From an uncultured archaeon (GTDB lineage: Archaea > Asgardarchaeota > Lokiarchaeia > Sigyniarchaeales > SOKP01), in assembly GCA_964447495.1 (NCBI GenBank), contig CAYUTF010000098.1:1-11164 (forward strand): a stretch of DNA of 11,164 nucleotides, in the 5' to 3' direction. The notes beneath the pieces were generated by a model. It was not told where the DNA came from and did not search any database. It saw only the letters and a list, made by a program, of their open reading frames with translations. The position numbers and the translations under genes are program-made. This document shows positions 6,877 to 11,164 of the stretch, piece by piece (positions within the stretch are counted from its first letter, which is position 1; every line of letters begins with the position of its first letter).

Positions 6877-8262
6877 TTGGTTGATTATTCTATTAATCAT
6901 CATGATTTTCAAGGGAATAATGAGAGGGAACTAGAAAAATTTGTAGGTATTAGTGTGTACTCAACCTCTCAATTGAAGGGATTTGGTGGCATTTATAAAA
7001 ATACATATAAGGACTTTGTCGTAAAAGAGATCACCAGTGAAGGTAATATACTTGAAATTAAAGAAGATACACCTATTACTCATTTTTTTGAAGATTCTAA
7101 CTATAATTATACAACTTTTAATTTAATCAAAATTAATAGAGATACATTTGAAGTAATTCGATTATTAAGTAAATCTCTAGATATACCAATAGAATTAATA
7201 AATTATTCTGGTTTAAAAGACAAGGTTTCACTCAGCATACAACAATTCTCTATTAAAGGAAATCATATTGATCGCTTAAAGAAATTTAGATATAAAGATA
7301 TTTTCATCAGAAATATTATTCCAACAAAAAAATCGGTCAAAATTGGAAGTAATTGGGGAAATAATTTTACCATTACATTAAGAAAAATTGATCCCGAAAA
7401 AAGTTCATTATTACACATTCAAAAAATCTTAAAGATTGTACAAGAAAAAGGCTTCCCTAATTATTATGGGTTACAGCGATTTGGCACATTTAGGCCGAAT
7501 TCACACTTAGTAGGAAGATATATTCTTGAAGGCAATTTCAAGGAGGCTTTTGATGAAATAGTATTAAATACGTATTCTACTGAGAATGGGGAATCACAAA
7601 AACTACGAAGGGAATTAAGGAAAACGGGAGATTATATAAAATTATATGATAAATTTCCCAATAGTCTAAATTATGAAAAAATTTTGATAAAATCTATAAT
7701 AAATTCTCCTGGAGATTACGAGAAAGCCGTAAAAAAATTACCTAAATATCTAATCAAACTTTTAATAAGTTCTTTTCAATCGTATTTATTTAATAAATTG
7801 ATTACTCTACGTGTTAATAGAGGGCTTTCATTATTTCAACCCGAAAATGGTGATGTAATTAGTATATTAGATGATGAGGGAGGGCATCTTACAAAAGTAA
7901 AGTATATTTTTGGAGGTGCTTATGATAATTTTTTAGTAGAAGCTATTACTCTAAATAGAGCTCGAATGGTTATTCCGCTTATAGGTTATGATACGAAATT
8001 GGAAGAATTCCCATTAATGGACCAACTATTAAGAGAATTATTGTCTGTAGAGGGCATTAGTCTCAAAATTTTTGAAAATCCAATGCTAGTTGAATACGAC
8101 TTTAAAGGATCATATCGATCAATGATAGTTAAACCCATAGGATTAAAATTATTGGAATATGAAGTAGATAACGCATCAAAAAAAAAAAATAAACTAAAAT
8201 TGGAATTTTCATTAAAGAGAGGGTCATATGCGACAATGTTATTGCGAGAATTGATGAAATAA
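6877..8262 (+). CDS. truD: tRNA pseudouridine(13) synthase TruD/Pus7 family
   Basis: DFVVKEI, catalytic GLKDK, GNNFTITLR, FPNYYGLQRFG, FQSYLFN and C-terminal FSLKRGSYATMLLRELMK. TTG start with AGGT at 6866..6869. Confidence 0.97.
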   Translation: MVDYSINHHDFQGNNERELEKFVGISVYSTSQLKGFGGIYKNTYKDFVVKEITSEGNILEIKEDTPITHFFEDSNYNYTTFNLIKINRDTFEVIRLLSKSLDIPIELINYSGLKDKVSLSIQQFSIKGNHIDRLKKFRYKDIFIRNIIPTKKSVKIGSNWGNNFTITLRKIDPEKSSLLHIQKILKIVQEKGFPNYYGLQRFGTFRPNSHLVGRYILEGNFKEAFDEIVLNTYSTENGESQKLRRELRKTGDYIKLYDKFPNSLNYEKILIKSIINSPGDYEKAVKKLPKYLIKLLISSFQSYLFNKLITLRVNRGLSLFQPENGDVISILDDEGGHLTKVKYIFGGAYDNFLVEAITLNRARMVIPLIGYDTKLEEFPLMDQLLRELLSVEGISLKIFENPMLVEYDFKGSYRSMIVKPIGLKLLEYEVDNASKKKNKLKLEFSLKRGSYATMLLRELMK

Positions 8263-8265
8263 ACG

Positions 8266-9780
8266 TTAGATTGTAATTTTATACTCTTTTTCTGATTCAT
8301 GACCAAAAATATTAACAATTTTTATTTTGATGCTATAGTTACCCTTTATTTTATAGGAATGGGTTTTTGAACGCAAAATTAATTTTCTATTTTTTGGATT
8401 TCTGAATGAACTCCAGAGACAGTTCATATGTTCGCCTTGGTACTCAAAATCGATAGCCCAATAGTCTATCCAATCTGAAAAATGTGTGATTTTCTCAGTC
8501 AATTTATGGTTGATATTTTTTACATATGGCACTTCGTAATTAATTAGAACTATTTGGATGGTTTCTTCTTTCTTTTCAATTGACACTTCAAAATCCGGAT
8601 CTTTATATGGTAATAAGTCATGAGAGGCAGCCCCATCACTCAAAAGGAACTCATCTGGAATATGGAAATGCTTTTCCTGATTTTTAAATTGTAGCACATT
8701 AAAAGATCTAAAAGGAATGTTATAATTCTTTGTCCAATCAAATAAATTATTACTGTTGCTGATATCAAGAATTCTTTTTCGGCAAATGTGAATTGATTGT
8801 GGGGTTATATCACATCCGATCCATCGTCTCCCTAATTTTTCTGCCACCACCAAGGTTGTACCCGTTCCACAGAAGAAATCTGCGACCAAATCATTTTTGT
8901 TACTTGAAGCCAATATAATACGCTTCAATAATCTTTCCGGTTTTTGGGTTGAAAAACCTTGATATTCTTTTGTATTTGCTCTAATATACGGGATATCATT
9001 CCAAACGTCTCTAGGAAATATACCATCATTTTTTACATAGACTTTACGCGATAACTTTTTTCCGTTGTGACTTCCTCCGCGATAATAAAATAAGCCTTCC
9101 TCATCTCTTTTAAGAGAGGATTTTACACGATCAGAATACTCCATATAAATATTAGGATCATCTCTAAATACATTATAATTGGATTTTGTATAAAAGAAAA
9201 TAGTATCATAAGATCGAATGTAAAATTTTCTTGTTTGTACGGAAGCAGCAGGATATGCCCATATTATTTCATTTCTAAAATTTTCGTCCCCAAAAATTTC
9301 ATCAAGTAGAATTTTAATATAATGACTGACATGCCAATCTAAATGGAGGTAAATACTACCAGTTGCAGATAAGAGTTCTCGTATCATTAATAATCGTTCA
9401 TAAATGAAATTTAAATAAGATTCCAAACCATCTTTCCAAGAATCAGAATAGGCTTTAGAGATCTTAAATGCCTTATCTTCTCCGATAAAAGTTTTATATT
9501 TGAAATCACCTCCAGTAAAGAAGGGAGGATCAATATAAATTAAGTCAATTTTTTCCTTAAAATTCTTCATAAGTTCATGCATAACTAACTTATTATCACC
9601 TTGGATTAATAGATTGCTCCAATCAGGAGCAAAATTATCCTCTTTATTAATTTTTGAGATTTTTTTTCCAGAACTTAGACCGGGATGAATTTCAACTAAT
9701 TTAAGCGAATCAAAGAAATCTTGATCTAATATTTTCCGGTTATTAAAGCTAAATTTTGTATTCCAATTTAGAAATGGCAT
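8266..9780 (-). CDS. Site-specific DNA amino-methyltransferase (N6-A/N4-C), beta class, Type III Mod-like; no partner endonuclease in the window
   Basis: LIQGDN, then catalytic IYIDPPF (motif IV) before TQKPERLL and SAM-binding DFFCGTGTT (motif I). C-terminal DWIDYWAIDF...KIVNIFG domain of the kind seen in Mod-like enzymes. Confidence 0.93.
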   Translation of the reverse strand: MPFLNWNTKFSFNNRKILDQDFFDSLKLVEIHPGLSSGKKISKINKEDNFAPDWSNLLIQGDNKLVMHELMKNFKEKIDLIYIDPPFFTGGDFKYKTFIGEDKAFKISKAYSDSWKDGLESYLNFIYERLLMIRELLSATGSIYLHLDWHVSHYIKILLDEIFGDENFRNEIIWAYPAASVQTRKFYIRSYDTIFFYTKSNYNVFRDDPNIYMEYSDRVKSSLKRDEEGLFYYRGGSHNGKKLSRKVYVKNDGIFPRDVWNDIPYIRANTKEYQGFSTQKPERLLKRIILASSNKNDLVADFFCGTGTTLVVAEKLGRRWIGCDITPQSIHICRKRILDISNSNNLFDWTKNYNIPFRSFNVLQFKNQEKHFHIPDEFLLSDGAASHDLLPYKDPDFEVSIEKKEETIQIVLINYEVPYVKNINHKLTEKITHFSDWIDYWAIDFEYQGEHMNCLWSSFRNPKNRKLILRSKTHSYKIKGNYSIKIKIVNIFGHESEKEYKITI

Positions 9781-9870
9781 TATTAATCGTTATTAAGATA
9801 GCAAAAAATTTATTGTTACTTTCCTTCTCAAATTTAATTTTAATAATAAATTACTTTATATTAGAAAAAA

Positions 9871-11164
9871 ATGACATTTGAAGAAATTGGTGAGTGGAGA
9901 AAAACACATTATACCGTAGAAATCACGCCTAAGTTAGTAGATCGAGAGGTAATTCTTGGAGGATGGGTTAGAAATTTTAGAGATCTTGGAGGAATGAGAT
10001 TTATAATCATCCAAGATAAATTTGGAGAACGTCAAATCACCCTAAAAAAGGGAGTTGTGTCTGATGAATTATTTGAAAAAAGTAAAATGGGTTATCAATA
10101 CTGTTTTATGGTTAAAGGAATAGTGAAAGTATTTAAAGCTGCTCCCGGTGGAATAGAAATTATCCCATCTGAATTTAAAATTTTAAATAGAACCCCCGAG
10201 AAATTACCAATAGATATGTCAGGAGAAACTATCTCCGAATTAGACCTTCGGTTAAATAATCGGGCATTAGACTTAAGATCTAAAAGAAATCAAGCAATTT
10301 TTGGAATTAGAGGAGAAATGTTAAATGCAATAAGAAAATTCTTATTAGAAAGAAATTTTACGGAAGTCACAACTCCTAAAATCATTGGATCGGCAACAGA
10401 AGGTGGAACTGAATTATTTCCGATCATGTACTTCGATAAAGAAGCTTTTTTAACTCAATCCGCACAGTTATATAAAGAACAACTTAGTGGCGTTTATGAA
10501 AGAGTATTTGAAATAAGTCCATGCTTTCGGGCGGAAAAAAGTCGTACAAAACGGCATATCTGTGAAATATTTGTCCTAGATGTAGAATTAGCATTTGGAG
10601 ATATGTATGACGTTCTGAAAATACTTGAAGAATTAGTATATTATGTTATAGAGCAAATAAGAAAGAATCAAATGTCATTATTAAAGTGTCTAAATATGGA
10701 GAAAAAAACAATCCTACCTGAAATTCCTCTTGAAAGATATAAATATGATGAAATTATAGAATTATTGGATACTAAATATAATATGGATGTGGAATGGGGG
10801 GAAGATATTTCAACTGAAGCTTACAGAAAATTAGGTGAGCAATTACAATACTATTATTATATTACCCATTGGCCAATGAGTATTAAACCATTCTATATTA
10901 TGCCTTCAAAAGAGGCAAAATATAGTGAATCATTTGATTTGCAGATGGGAATGTTAGAATTAACATCAGGAGGGACACGTGTACACAATAAACAACAATT
11001 GATTGATGCTCTTGAATCAAAGGGGTTAAATCCAAAATCATTTGAATCACACTTAAATGTGTTTGATTATGGCATGCCTCCGCATGCAGGTTTTGGTTTG
11101 GGGATAGCTCGTTGGATTACTTTTCTATGTGGATTAGATGATATCCGAGAAGCAGTTATGTACC
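9871..11164 (+). CDS. aspS: Aspartyl-tRNA synthetase, archaeal type, probably non-discriminating (Asp/Asn); truncated by the window edge close to its C-terminus
   Basis: Manual translation, open for 431 codons: [16 protein letters not shown] (OB fold), [14 protein letters not shown]...[16 protein letters not shown], motif 2 [14 protein letters not shown] and motif 3 [12 protein letters not shown]. Confidence 0.97.
   Translation, partial: MTFEEIGEWRKTHYTVEITPKLVDREVILGGWVRNFRDLGGMRFIIIQDKFGERQITLKKGVVSDELFEKSKMGYQYCFMVKGIVKVFKAAPGGIEIIPSEFKILNRTPEKLPIDMSGETISELDLRLNNRALDLRSKRNQAIFGIRGEMLNAIRKFLLERNFTEVTTPKIIGSATEGGTELFPIMYFDKEAFLTQSAQLYKEQLSGVYERVFEISPCFRAEKSRTKRHICEIFVLDVELAFGDMYDVLKILEELVYYVIEQIRKNQMSLLKCLNMEKKTILPEIPLERYKYDEIIELLDTKYNMDVEWGEDISTEAYRKLGEQLQYYYYITHWPMSIKPFYIMPSKEAKYSESFDLQMGMLELTSGGTRVHNKQQLIDALESKGLNPKSFESHLNVFDYGMPPHAGFGLGIARWITFLCGLDDIREAVMY

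Noticed and set aside
7986-8318. 110-aa minus-strand ORF after the MTase, considered as a restriction partner or frameshifted extension
   Set aside because: Antisense to the conserved truD C-terminus, no nuclease motif, and the MTase already ends with a complete C-terminal domain.
1-11164. tRNA, rRNA, CRISPR array or IS element
   Set aside because: No GC-rich structured segment, regular repeat-spacer pattern, terminal inverted repeats or transposase seen. All intergenic gaps are short and AT-rich.

Overview
AT-rich archaeal chromosomal window, most likely from an Asgard archaeon (Lokiarchaeia-like; inferred from eL38, a TACK/Asgard-type AspRS, NusA2 and a eukaryote-like BRO1 protein). The right half is a translation cluster: rpl40e (minus strand, missed by the ORF track) divergent from rpl38e - nusA2 - pth2 - truD, then an orphan Mod-like DNA methyltransferase on the opposite strand and a 3'-truncated aspS (also not in the ORF track). 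The left half has an MfnD-like ATP-grasp ligase and three hypothetical genes. The best lead is the 413-aa protein at 1703..2944. By manual alignment against sequences recalled from memory, it looks like a BRO1 (ALIX/BROX-like) domain joined through a Pro-rich linker to a C-terminal Vps23/TSG101 steadiness-box hairpin, i.e. a candidate single-chain ESCRT-I to ESCRT-III adaptor. Next to it are a 4-TM protein and a 577-aa membrane protein built from internal repeats with split PH-like domains. No database searches were run, and all family calls come from motif recognition.
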